A DNA stretch of 64,000 nucleotides from assembly GCA_903831815.1 (NCBI GenBank), contig CAIKZC010000001.1:149502-213501 (forward strand). The letters are read 5' to 3'. This DNA is from an uncultured bacterium (lineage in GTDB: Bacteria; Patescibacteriota; Minisyncoccia; Phycocordibacterales; UBA11359). Under the pieces are notes generated by a model. It was not told the origin of the DNA, ran no database searches, and saw only the letters and a list, made by a program, of their open reading frames with translations. A program made the translations under genes and the position numbers. Shown here one piece after another: positions 17,159 through 26,301 of this stretch; within the stretch, counting starts at the first letter, position 1, and every line of letters begins with the position of its first letter.

Positions 17159-17908
17159 TTACAAAAGAAAAAGTGTCGCTGCCACAATAGCGGCGGTTTC
17201 CGCGCGCAGTGTCGCATCACCGAGCGAAAGAATATTTACATCGCGTTTTTTAAATTGTTCTATCTCCGTATCGCTCCAACCGCCTTCCGGCCCAATGAAA
17301 ATTGCGATTTTTGTTGTGACCTGCCCCTTTCCACTCGCATCTGCAGAATTTTTTAATTTCTGTGCAATAAATTCTGCAGTTTCCATCAAGCCCTCTTCCA
17401 AATGGAAAGCAACGGCCGGTATTTTTTCTTTTTGAATTTCATTGAGCGCTTCATCAAGTGAAATAATCTGGCGAAGTTCCGGCAACGTTCCTCTACCCGA
17501 TTGCTCAGATGCTTCCTTCACAATTTTCAAACCGCGCTCATGATTAAAATTTGTTTTAACACTTCGTCCAGAAATTATCGGAATAAAATGAGTCACGCCG
17601 ATTTCCGTTCCCTTTTCCAAAATCCATTCAAAATTATCTTTTTTGATCATGGAAACATACAAAAATATTTCGCGCGATTGTTTTACCGAATTTTTTGTCA
17701 TTTCTAAAACTTCGAAAACTCCTTCGTCTTTAGAAAGCAAATCGACTCGCGAACGATATTGAAATCCGCTGTTGTCGAGCAAAATAATTTCATCACCTTT
17801 TTCCAAACGAAAAACATTTTTAAGTTGGTGCAACAAATCAGCATCATCTATTCGCACACTTTTCGCTTCTCCAATTTTCTGCTCAATAAAAAAGTTATGT
17901 AACCTCAT
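17159..17908 (-). CDS. rsmE: 16S rRNA (uracil1498-N3)-methyltransferase RsmE
   Basis: The 249-aa protein has a PUA-like N-terminus and a SPOUT C-terminus (GPEGGW...E). Confidence 0.8.
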   Translation of the reverse strand: MRLHNFFIEQKIGEAKSVRIDDADLLHQLKNVFRLEKGDEIILLDNSGFQYRSRVDLLSKDEGVFEVLEMTKNSVKQSREIFLYVSMIKKDNFEWILEKGTEIGVTHFIPIISGRSVKTNFNHERGLKIVKEASEQSGRGTLPELRQIISLDEALNEIQKEKIPAVAFHLEEGLMETAEFIAQKLKNSADASGKGQVTTKIAIFIGPEGGWSDTEIEQFKKRDVNILSLGDATLRAETAAIVAATLFLL

Positions 17909-17920
17909 GTAAATGATTTT

Positions 17921-18045
17921 ACACTAAACAAAACCGAAAACATACTTTTGAGTGCCTTGCGCAGCGCGACTGGCGCGAGCGGAGCGGACGGCCAGTAGGC
18001 CGGAACGCGTGCAACTCAAAAGTATGTTTTCGGTTTTGTTTAGTG
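17921..18045. repeat. Copy 3 of the IR-flanked GC-rich core element. A perfect 32-bp inverted repeat, ACACTAAACAAAACCGAAAACATACTTTTGAG, encloses a 61-nt GC-rich core.
   Basis: Arms are at 17921-17952 and 18014-18045. The core contains AGCGCGACTGGCGCGAG, matching AGCGCGACGGCGCGAG in copy 2. It lies 13 nt upstream of the rsmE start, in the divergent rsmE/clpP intergenic region. Confidence 0.6.
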
Positions 18046-18123
18046 TCACCATTTTTGAAGTTTTACGTCTACTCTGCTATACTCCCCGTGTAGCAATTAC
18101 AACCAATTTAACCCTTAAAATAT

Positions 18124-18696
18124 ATGAACCTTATCCCAACAGTTATCGAAAAATCTCAAAACGGCGAGCGGGCATACGATATTTACTCACGCTTGCTCAA
18201 AGAGCGTATTATTTTCCTCGGTGGTCCGATCGACGACGATAGCGCCAATATTGTCATCGCTCAATTACTTTTCCTTCAATCTGAAGATCCTAAAAAAGAT
18301 ATTTCCATGTACATCAATTCTCCTGGTGGATCCGTCACAGCCGCTCTCGCCATTCTCGACACCATGAATTTTATTAAATCAGACGTTTCAACCGTTTGTG
18401 TCGGTCTCGCTGCTTCTGCTGGCGCACTTCTCCTCTCAGCTGGCGTCAAAGGCAAGCGTTTTGCTCTCACCAATTCCGAAATTATGATTCACCAACCATC
18501 AGGTGGAGCTGAAGGGCGCGCTGCCGATATTGAAATCACCGCTAAACAAATTATAAAAATTCGAGAAAACCTCAACAAAATTTTGGCTGCCAACACTGGA
18601 CAACCACTTTCAAAAATCCAAAAAGACGTTGATCGCGACTTTTTCATGAGCGCCGAAGAAGCCAAAAAGTACGGCATCATAGACAAAATCCTATAA
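18124..18696 (+). CDS. clpP: ATP-dependent Clp protease proteolytic subunit
   Basis: The 190-aa translation has the Ser-His-Asp triad context ([19 protein letters not shown]). Confidence 0.95.
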   Translation: MNLIPTVIEKSQNGERAYDIYSRLLKERIIFLGGPIDDDSANIVIAQLLFLQSEDPKKDISMYINSPGGSVTAALAILDTMNFIKSDVSTVCVGLAASAGALLLSAGVKGKRFALTNSEIMIHQPSGGAEGRAADIEITAKQIIKIRENLNKILAANTGQPLSKIQKDVDRDFFMSAEEAKKYGIIDKIL

Positions 18697-18760
18697 TTAA
18701 GATAGTATCTCATTTTGGAAGTCATGTTCTCAATCACTGTTCTAACAAAGGAGTGTTCCC

Positions 18761-19177
18761 ATGTCTGTAAAAAAGAAATCGGATGACATCTCGGATGACA
18801 TCTCGGATGACAACAAGGAGCGGATGCCGCTTGCCATCGTGGTTCAAGGAATACCTTCAACTACAGACCCCAAGACCCTCAAACGCCTAGAGCGTGATCT
18901 GAAAAAGACATTCAGTGTGGTCGCAAACCATGCCAAGATTCACGCACATTTTCAGCCGGAATTTTTCGCCAAATCTCTCGGGAAAAGAAACGTGCAGATT
19001 ACCGCATTTGTTCTCGGCTGCAGCGCGAAGACTGCCTACGACAACATGTCACAGACCTTGCCAACGGTTAAGGTGAATGGGTGGAAAGATGTCCTTTCGC
19101 GCGAAGCGGAAAAAGTGATCAGAAAGCACTACCGGCATGCAAGTGCACTATGCATCATCACAGGCAGCGAGGAATGA
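18761..19177 (+). CDS. Hypothetical protein (138 aa) with an N-terminal DDISDDISDD repeat, in a GC-elevated cassette
   Basis: It has an AAAGGAG RBS and a 3x12-nt tandem repeat at 18780-18815. A strong terminator follows at 19208-19243. Confidence 0.55.
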   Translation: MSVKKKSDDISDDISDDNKERMPLAIVVQGIPSTTDPKTLKRLERDLKKTFSVVANHAKIHAHFQPEFFAKSLGKRNVQITAFVLGCSAKTAYDNMSQTLPTVKVNGWKDVLSREAEKVIRKHYRHASALCIITGSEE

Positions 19178-19207
19178 GGACTAGGAGAGGAACGAAACAG
19201 AACAAAA

Positions 19208-19243
19208 GGGCGGGTCTGCTGCGCAGACCCGCCCTTCTTTTTT
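19208..19243 (+). terminator. Rho-independent terminator (GGGCGGGTCTGC...GCAGACCCGCCC + T-run)
   Basis: A 12-bp perfect GC-rich stem followed by TTCTTTTTT. Confidence 0.8.
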
Positions 19244-19334
19244 ATACTTACCTAGACAAAACCGTTAAACAATGATATCTTCTCATCAGAAAAAACGTCG
19301 TAATCAATCACCAACCTGAATAAAAGGAGCTCCT

Positions 19335-19610
19335 ATGACATTTTCTCCAGCCGTCCTGTCATGGTTTGCCGAACACGTCTTTCAGCCAAGTGATAAGGAA
19401 GGATTTCTTAAGGTACTCCGCGAACAACCTGAAGTGGTAAAGGCATTTCTTATGAGGAACTTTTACTTCATGACACTATCCGCTGCTGCCGATACCAATG
19501 AAGTAATCTTAACAATCAACCTGGGTAACCCGACAGAAGAAGTGGACGCCATCATGAAGCACCTCCGCGAAAAGTTCCTCTCAGGAGAAACTGCCGCCAA
19601 TCCGGCGTAA
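19335..19610 (+). CDS. Hypothetical protein (91 aa) in a GC-elevated cassette
   Basis: It has an AAAGGAG RBS and a terminator at 19637-19667 (CCTCCGT...ACGGAGG + T-run). Confidence 0.5.
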   Translation: MTFSPAVLSWFAEHVFQPSDKEGFLKVLREQPEVVKAFLMRNFYFMTLSAAADTNEVILTINLGNPTEEVDAIMKHLREKFLSGETAANPA

Positions 19611-19833
19611 CCGATCAACTTGTGTCACCTAACACCGCCTCCGTATCCAAAACGGAGGCTTCTTTTTTATGCAGTAGACTTTTTTTCGAAATTGTTTTAT
19701 GATGTAGATGTTCATTATTTGTTAATTTCACCTTTCGTTTTTTAACCTTTTACGCAATGTTACACGTTGTTCTGTCTCAAAGTATAAACCTATAGCATTT
19801 TCTAAAAGCCCGGAGAACGAGGGTGCCTGAAAT

Positions 19834-21363
19834 ATGTCACCACAATTATTAGTTATAGTCGCCATATTGATTGCGATTGTTGGTGCTGCGATTGGATATT
19901 ACCTTCGATTGGTAATTTCTCTCGGCAAGCGCGGAACAATCGAAGTTGAAATGAAGGAAATGCTCCTCAAAGCCAAGGAGGAAGCAAAGCGCATCACTCT
20001 AGACGCCGAAAACAAGGCAGTCGAAGTCATGCAACAAACGCGCACCGAAGCTAAAGAGCGTGAAGAAAAATTAAAGAAAGCCGAAGAGCGTCTCATCAAA
20101 AAAGAAGACCAAATTGACGAGCGAGAGCAATCTGTTGTCTCGGAAATCGAATCGATCAAACAAAAAATCGCCGAGATAAAAGAAATTCGTGACAAAACCG
20201 AATTACTGCAAGCCGAAAAGCAAAAAGAATTGGAAAAAGTTGCTAAATTAGATGAAACTGAAGCCAAGGCGATTTTAATTCAAAATCTCGAGCAAAAATG
20301 CGAAGAGGATTTGCTTATTCGTATGCACAAACTCGAACAATTCGGTCAAGATAAAATCGAACAACGAGCCAAAAGTATTATCGCCACAGCCATTCATCGA
20401 CTTGGCAATTCCGTCTCCCCTGACCTCATGACCACTTCTGTGGCTATTCCTAACGACGAAATTAAGGGAAAAATTATCGGTAAGGAAGGCCGTAACATCA
20501 AAGCTTTTGAAAGAATGACCGGCGTTGAAGTTATTGTTGATGATACCCCGGGAATGATCACTATTTCTTCTTTCGATCCAATTCGCCGACAAATCGCGCG
20601 CATTTCTTTGGAATTATTGATTGCCGACGGTCGTATTCAACCCGCCAAAATAGAAGAGACGGTTGAAAAAGCAAAACTCCAGATCAACAAAACAATTAAA
20701 GAAAAAGGTGATGCTGCCGTTTATGAATGTGGTCTCTTCAACCTTGATCCACGAATCGTTTCTATTCTCGGTCGTCTCTGTTTTCGCACAAGTTATGGAC
20801 AAAATGTTTTGCAACACTCCGTAGAAGTTGCACACATTGCCGGCATGATTGCCGAAGAACTTGGTGCAGATGTCCAAATCGCCAAAGCTGGTGGACTTCT
20901 ACACGATATCGGCAAAGCTGTTGACCACGAAGTTCAGGGAACTCACGTTGAAATCGGTCGCAGAATTCTACAGAAATTTGGCGCTTCGGAAGAAATTGTC
21001 AAAGCTATGCAAGCTCACCACGAAGAATATCCTTACGAAACACTTGAATCCATCGTTGTTCAAGCCGCCGATGCTATTTCCGGCAGTCGTCCAGGTGCTC
21101 GTGTTGATAGTTTGGAAAATTATCTAAAACGACTTGGCGATCTCGAAGCTATTGCTAATTCATTTGAGGGTATTGAAAAAACTTACGCTATCGCTGCCGG
21201 TCGTGAAGTGCGAGTCTTCGTTACTCCCCTTTCTGTCAGCGACTTGCAAGCTCATGATTTGGCCCGAAATATTGCTATAAAAATTGAGCAGGAACTAAAA
21301 TATCCAGGAGAAATCAAAGTTACTGTTATTCGCGAGTCTCGTGTAATTGAATTCGCGAGATAG
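19834..21363 (+). CDS. rny: Ribonuclease Y
   Basis: It has an N-terminal TM helix, a coiled coil, a KH domain and an HD domain (HSVEVAHIAGMIA, LLHDIGKA). Confidence 0.9.
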   Translation: MSPQLLVIVAILIAIVGAAIGYYLRLVISLGKRGTIEVEMKEMLLKAKEEAKRITLDAENKAVEVMQQTRTEAKEREEKLKKAEERLIKKEDQIDEREQSVVSEIESIKQKIAEIKEIRDKTELLQAEKQKELEKVAKLDETEAKAILIQNLEQKCEEDLLIRMHKLEQFGQDKIEQRAKSIIATAIHRLGNSVSPDLMTTSVAIPNDEIKGKIIGKEGRNIKAFERMTGVEVIVDDTPGMITISSFDPIRRQIARISLELLIADGRIQPAKIEETVEKAKLQINKTIKEKGDAAVYECGLFNLDPRIVSILGRLCFRTSYGQNVLQHSVEVAHIAGMIAEELGADVQIAKAGGLLHDIGKAVDHEVQGTHVEIGRRILQKFGASEEIVKAMQAHHEEYPYETLESIVVQAADAISGSRPGARVDSLENYLKRLGDLEAIANSFEGIEKTYAIAAGREVRVFVTPLSVSDLQAHDLARNIAIKIEQELKYPGEIKVTVIRESRVIEFAR

Positions 21364-21399
21364 TAAAATCTATAAAAAGTTTAGAAAGAAAATAGAAAA

Positions 21400-21426
21400 G
21401 GCCCTTGCAAAACAAGGGTTTTTTCT
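21400..21426 (+). terminator. Rho-independent terminator after rny (GCCCTTG...CAAGGGTTTTTT)
   Basis: Read directly from the sequence. Confidence 0.7.
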
Positions 21427-21919
21427 TGGAAGATTACTTCGGGAGAAATTACTCAGACAACAAAAAACAGCTGCAGGACACCGTAACATTTGTTATTGTG
21501 CCAAACAGCTGTTTGGCTTCTTTCCCGAAAGAGGTTCGGGATATTTTATGATGCGCTGTCAGAGAGACTGCGCAATCTTTTCTTCTGTGTAAAGAACTCA
21601 TGTCAGCGGAACATATCCACCAACGGCTACAAAGAACTACTTCTCGTGATCAGTTTGTGGCCCACCGGTTCCACTCGCTGAAATTTGTCCCAAATACTTA
21701 CTGAGACTCTTACAGTTTACCAACGATAGTTAATGCGTGTCAAATTTTAATTTACACTGCGAAACATTATTTGCACTTGTGTCAACTATTGTGCGTAACC
21801 ACGGCTCTATTGCCTTAATAAAAACTTGTACTATAATTAATGTAAGCAAGTTTGAGGTTGACTCTTCAAACAAAAGCGATGAGGGTCGATCCTCAATTTA
21901 TACATAATCATAAAACATC

Positions 21920-22192
21920 ATGAATAAAGTTGATTTAATCGAAGCAGTTCACGGAGTAATTGGTGGTACCAAAGTACAAGCTGAACAAGCAGTAGAAAAA
22001 ATAATCGAATCGATCACTAATTCTCTCAAATCTGGTCAGGAAGTTTCAATTGCTGGTCTAGGTATCTTCTCAGCAAAGGAACGAAAGGCTCGAACAGCCC
22101 GAAATCCTCGCACCGGCGAGTCAATCCAGGTCCCAGCAATGCGCGTTCCAAAATTCCGCGCTGCAAAGGGTCTAAAGGATGCTGTAAAATAA
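21920..22192 (+). CDS. hup: HU-family DNA-binding protein
   Basis: The 90-aa protein has the HU signature (GLGIFS...RNPRTGE..I...P.F). A TTGCCT-N16-TATAAT promoter lies at about 21810-21838 and a terminator at about 22214-22247. Confidence 0.9.
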   Translation: MNKVDLIEAVHGVIGGTKVQAEQAVEKIIESITNSLKSGQEVSIAGLGIFSAKERKARTARNPRTGESIQVPAMRVPKFRAAKGLKDAVK

Positions 22193-22251
22193 CACTCTTA
22201 TTATCGAAGTCACAAAAAAACCGCCATAACAGGCGGTTTTTTTGTTTCGTG

Positions 22252-22322
22252 TGCGGGATGGGAGAATCGAACTCCCGCCTACAGTTTGGAAAACTGCAGT
22301 TCTACCATTAAACTAATCCCGC
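22252..22322 (-). tRNA. tRNA-Gly (anticodon UCC)
   Basis: I folded it by hand. The acceptor is GCGGGAU/AUCCCGC, the anticodon stem GCAGU/ACUGU with loop UUUCCAA, and the T-arm GGGAG-UUCGAUU-CUCCC, for 71 nt. CCA is not encoded. Confidence 0.85.
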
Positions 22323-22371
22323 AATATGACTGCAATGAAAAGACTATACCATACAACACAAAACCTCGCAC

Positions 22372-22689
22372 TTATTTCATCGTATCATTATTTATTTTCT
22401 CGATTTTCGACAAAACGCTACTCAAATCATCACCAGGCGCAGTTTTATTTCGTTTTATATAGCCACACACAACACATTTGTTGGAAAGAATAAATTCATC
22501 TTTTTCCATCTCGATTTTTATCGGCTCCATCATACCGCCACATTTTTCGGCCCGATCTCCCGGAAATTTATCGACATGTTTGCTCCACAAACAAGTCGGG
22601 CAGTGGTTGGTGTAGCCACTTCCCTTCACTTCGCGGCTGCAATGACCGCAAACGAAATCTTCTTTATTTTTCTGAAACTTTAGACTCAT
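22372..22689 (-). CDS. RNHCP-domain protein (Cys-rich zinc ribbon)
   Basis: It carries the GYTNHCPTCLWSKH motif characteristic of the RNHCP domain, plus multiple CxxC pairs. Confidence 0.65.
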   Translation of the reverse strand: MSLKFQKNKEDFVCGHCSREVKGSGYTNHCPTCLWSKHVDKFPGDRAEKCGGMMEPIKIEMEKDEFILSNKCVVCGYIKRNKTAPGDDLSSVLSKIEKINNDTMK

Positions 22690-23098
22690 GGGTGTTCAAA
22701 AAAATTTTCATTAATTCTACATCTCTCAGATCTTTTTCTCTTGCCAGTTCCGATTTAAATTTAATAAGTTCCGTTAATGGTAAAAATGGTAAACCCTCAA
22801 TGATATCTGCATTTTTTATCAATTCATCGGTATCCGGTCGATAATTTTTATATTTATAATTTGAAAACACCTCAGTATCGCCCTTAACCAATAGTTTACA
22901 ACGCAAAACTCGCCAGAAAAACCATTTTCTTTTCCAGCCGTCGTTTTTTAGTTGTTGAAACAACTCTTTATTTACCAACAGATCAACATCCCTGGCCGGT
23001 CTAATTCCATGAGCTTCCATGACACCCCCTATTATAATATATTGACCGAGAGGTAAATTTAGTGATTTTACCCTTTCGAAAATAGAAGGATTATTCAT
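22664..23098 (-). CDS. Putative minimal nucleotidyltransferase (NTase-fold) protein
   Basis: IIGGVMEAHGIRPARDVDLLV fits the G[GS]x9-13Dh[DE]h NTase motif. Its stop region overlaps the downstream RNHCP ORF by 26 nt. Confidence 0.45.
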   Translation of the reverse strand: MNNPSIFERVKSLNLPLGQYIIIGGVMEAHGIRPARDVDLLVNKELFQQLKNDGWKRKWFFWRVLRCKLLVKGDTEVFSNYKYKNYRPDTDELIKNADIIEGLPFLPLTELIKFKSELAREKDLRDVELMKIFLNTHESKVSEK

Positions 23099-23107
23099 AA
23101 CAAAATG

Positions 23108-23180
23108 TCGGAGTGCAGGGATTCGAACCCTGAGTCATCTGCTCCCAAAGCAGACATGTTAGCCGTTACACCACACTCCG
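23108..23180 (-). tRNA. tRNA-Pro (anticodon UGG)
   Basis: Hand fold: acceptor CGGAGUG/CACUCCG, anticodon stem UCUGC/GCAGA with loop UUUGGGA, T-arm CAGGG-UUCGAAU-CCCUG, 73 nt. Confidence 0.85.
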
Positions 23181-23325
23181 GTAGAAACAATACTATCACA
23201 CGTACATAAAAATAACTAGCAAAAAAACAGTTAATTTGGCTAATTTCTTCGAGAGAATTCTAAAGGACATTCCTAGTCAGAGAAATGTCCTTTAGAAAAT
23301 CCCAGTGACCTATTGCAAAAACCTA

Positions 23326-23700
23326 CTACAAAATTAGATTCTCAATAAACCTAACCTTAGCCTTCTTTGAAGCGGTGTCTACTCGTATAGCAATGAGCGC
23401 CGCCGACCATTCCATCTCATTAATTCCCTTTTCCTGCAAATAAGTCTGAATAACCCTGGTAAATTTCTTGATCTTGTTCGGACTCATGTTATCTTCCGGT
23501 CTGTAACCAGACCGACTATCATCTCCACCCGTTTCACACGAAACAGTCTTAACTTCCACAAAGCACAGCTTCTTGGCCTTTTTGGCCACAATATCCAATT
23601 CTCCCCACTTCCGGCTATAATTTCTTTCCAAGACCTTGAACCCATGTTTCTTGAGAAACACACAGGCAATATCTTCACCGAACCTCCCTATTTTGTTCAT
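23326..23700 (-). CDS. yraN: YraN-family (UPF0102) endonuclease
   Basis: The 124-aa protein has G.FGEDIA..FL...GF.VLERNY and GELDIVA....FVEVKT motifs. Confidence 0.8.
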   Translation of the reverse strand: MNKIGRFGEDIACVFLKKHGFKVLERNYSRKWGELDIVAKKAKKLCFVEVKTVSCETGGDDSRSGYRPEDNMSPNKIKKFTRVIQTYLQEKGINEMEWSAALIAIRVDTASKKAKVRFIENLIL

Positions 23701-24158
23701 TTTATTGGTTTTTTACTTAGAATTAATAATTTACGCTCGATTCATCACACAAATTTACCCAGACGCACATTGCTTTTATCGCTAAGTTTCATGAATAACA
23801 ACACTCTCTATGTTTCACATGAAACCTTTTAGCTGAAAGTACGACAAAAGGTCTATTTTTAGGCACATTTCACCAAAATGTCTATAGTTTTATAGCCATT
23901 TATTGGACATTTTTGACTGTCTTTTATACACATGTCCCCAGAGTTATCCACATAATTGTTGAAAAATATAGGTATTTCTGTTTACAGAAACCTAAAGGAC
24001 ACATCGATTTCAAAGACTTCCTCAAGCCTAGCAAATAGAGATAAAATATTTATAAAATTTTCTATTTTCTTTTTAGAAAAATTTTAGACCTACTTTAGAC
24101 AACAAAAATCGCCATTTCATTGGCGATTTTTGTTTTGCTCTAATTTTTGTTTTCTTTG

Positions 24159-24232
24159 TGGTGCGGCCAGGGAGAATCGGACTCCCATCTCATCCTTGGC
24201 AAGGACGTGTTCTACCACTAAACCATGGCCGC
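24159..24232 (-). tRNA. tRNA-Gly (anticodon GCC), with an encoded 3' CCA and an unusual T-loop UCCGAUU
   Basis: Hand fold: acceptor GCGGCCA/UGGCCGC, anticodon loop UUGCCAA, T-stem GGGAG/CUCCC, then ACCA at the 3' end. Position 55 is C rather than U. Confidence 0.75.
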
Positions 24233-24352
24233 AAATATCCAACTGAATATTTATCAATCGATTATACAGAAAAATCAGAAAAACACAAAATCAGTTCGCC
24301 AAATATTTATTCATTTTGGTTTTTTGACAATTTGCGCTATGATTGTGTTACT

Positions 24353-24424
24353 GCACCCGTCGTTCAATGGATAGGACAATAGTCTTCGGAACTATTGATG
24401 TGGGTTCGATTCCTGCCGGGTGCA
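24353..24424 (+). tRNA. tRNA-Arg (anticodon UCG)
   Basis: Hand fold: acceptor GCACCCG/CGGGUGC, D-arm GUUC/GGAC, anticodon stem AUAGU/ACUAU with loop CUUCGGA. The T-arm GUGGG-UUCGAUU-CCUGC has two G-U pairs. Confidence 0.75.
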
Positions 24425-24483
24425 CAGTAAAAATCGCTTTTATTTAGCGATATCTTAGTAGATAATAAAGTCGCACCAAGCAA

Positions 24484-26067
24484 ATGACTAAAAAAGAGGC
24501 TGAAAATAACACATTTTTGATACCTCCAGAGGTTTCATATGTAACTAAAACCCTTGAAAAAGGCGGTTTTGAAGCGTATCTAGTCGGAGGATGCGTGCGT
24601 GATCTGCTGTTACACAAGAAACCTAAAGATTGGGATGTCACCACAAATGCCGTGCCCGAACAAATTCAAGTTATTTTTCCTGAAACTTTTTACGAAAACA
24701 CTTTCGGCACGGTTGGAGTCAAAACCAAAGCCATGAATGAGAACGGGGAAGCGGATAAGAAAGATGCTGCTGGGGCAGATAGCAAAACAGGTGTAGTAGA
24801 TCCGACTTTGGAGATCGTAGAAGTGACTCCATACCGCACCGAAGCAGAGTATTCCGACAACCGACGTCCTGACGCGGTCACCTTTGCAAAAAATCTTTCT
24901 GACGACCTAAGACGCAGGGACTTCACTATAAATGCGCTAGCACTCAAAATTGAGCCTTTGGAGGGGGATTCTACAGGGTTTGTTTATAAAGGACATTTGA
25001 CTGACCTTTATAAAGGACAAGAAGATTTGGAGGCTAAGATTATACGTACTGTAGGATCGGCTGACGAACGCTTTGGCGAGGACGCTTTGCGCATGTTGCG
25101 TGCTGTGCGTTTTGCGGCTGAATTAAACTTTGAAATAAATTCGGATACAAAAAATGCCATAAGTCAAAATGCGGCTCTATTAAAGAATATTTCTCAAGAG
25201 CGTATTCGCGATGAATTTGTAAAAATAATTTCTTCTGACAAACCGATGTTCGGTTTGCAACTTGCACACGATCTCGGAATTTTGAAATATATTTTACCTG
25301 AGCTCGAAGAGGGAATTGGAACTGAACAAAACAAAGCGCACGCTTTTGATGTTTGGGAACATCTTTTGCAAAGCGAACAACATAGCGCCGACAAAAAGTT
25401 TTCTTTGCGTGTTCGTCTGGCCGCGCTTTTTCATGATACCGGGAAACCAAAAAGTCGTCGCAAAGATCCGGAAACAGGGCAGTGGACTTTTTATGGCCAC
25501 GAAGTGATCAGCGAACGCATGGCTAAAAAAATTCTGGAGCGATTGAAATTTCCCAAAAAACTTTCTGATGAAGTTTTGAAACTTGTTCGATGGCACATGT
25601 TTTTTTCTGACACCGAACAAATTTCTCTTTCAGCCGTGCGTCGCATGGTCGCCAATGTCGGCAGTGACATGGTCTGGGATCTCATGAATGTCCGCGAATG
25701 TGATCGCATCGGCACCGGTCGTCCAAAAGCCAATCCGTATCGTTTGCGAAAATATAAAGCAATGATTGAAATGGTCATGCGCGACCCTGTGTCTGTTGGC
25801 ATGCTCAAGATCGACGGAAAGCGTTTGATGGAAATTACCGAAATGAAACCAGGACCACGTGTTGGTTTTATTTTGCATGCACTTCTCGAAGAAGTTTTGG
25901 AAGATCCGAAATTAAATACCGCCGAATATTTGGAAAGGGAAGCGCATACGCTCGCGGCGCTTCTTGACGCCGAACTAAAACAACGCGCCGAGCAAGCCAA
26001 AACTCGCAAGACACAAGAGGAAGAAAAACTGCTGAAAGAGATCACGGACAAATACCATGTGGAGTAA
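24484..26067 (+). CDS. cca: CCA-adding tRNA nucleotidyltransferase / polyA-polymerase-family protein with an HD domain
   Basis: It has the PolyA_pol head (GGCVRDLLL, RRDFTINA) and C-terminal HD motifs (HD...H, RWHMFF). Confidence 0.85.
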   Translation: MTKKEAENNTFLIPPEVSYVTKTLEKGGFEAYLVGGCVRDLLLHKKPKDWDVTTNAVPEQIQVIFPETFYENTFGTVGVKTKAMNENGEADKKDAAGADSKTGVVDPTLEIVEVTPYRTEAEYSDNRRPDAVTFAKNLSDDLRRRDFTINALALKIEPLEGDSTGFVYKGHLTDLYKGQEDLEAKIIRTVGSADERFGEDALRMLRAVRFAAELNFEINSDTKNAISQNAALLKNISQERIRDEFVKIISSDKPMFGLQLAHDLGILKYILPELEEGIGTEQNKAHAFDVWEHLLQSEQHSADKKFSLRVRLAALFHDTGKPKSRRKDPETGQWTFYGHEVISERMAKKILERLKFPKKLSDEVLKLVRWHMFFSDTEQISLSAVRRMVANVGSDMVWDLMNVRECDRIGTGRPKANPYRLRKYKAMIEMVMRDPVSVGMLKIDGKRLMEITEMKPGPRVGFILHALLEEVLEDPKLNTAEYLEREAHTLAALLDAELKQRAEQAKTRKTQEEEKLLKEITDKYHVE

Positions 26068-26262
26068 AAAGTTGCGCGAAAAACTTGACAGGTTCTAACG
26101 GTTTGATAACCTGTTTGAAGGATAGTTGTGATCTCCAAGTGAATCTTCCAGCAGCGAAGATCAACCTTCGGCAATCCATGTTCAATCTTCATGGGCTATG
26201 TCGCCACGGTTGTCTGTTCGTACGGACCACTGAGTTAATTGACTGCAAAACCGCAACGATCC

Positions 26263-26292
26263 TCGAGTCACTTATAGTGACTCGCTTTTTTA
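26263..26292 (+). terminator. Rho-independent terminator (GAGTCACTTATAGTGACTC + T-run) about 200 nt downstream of the cca stop
   Basis: A 9-bp perfect stem with GCTTTTTTAT. It is oriented for the plus strand only. Confidence 0.7.
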
Positions 26293-26301
26293 TAAAAAAA
26301 A

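Noticed and set aside
21347-21592. 81-aa ORF after rny
   Set aside because: It overlaps the rny stop and spans the rny terminator hairpin, with no RBS.
23260-23295. Hairpin CTAAAGGACATTC...GAAATGTCCTTTAG as a terminator for yraN
   Set aside because: It is not followed by a U-run on the yraN (minus) strand. I kept it only as a repeated-word observation.
25491-26192. 233-aa minus-strand ORF overlapping cca
   Set aside because: It is antisense to cca, whose HD and PolyA_pol motifs are clear, with no start-site signals.
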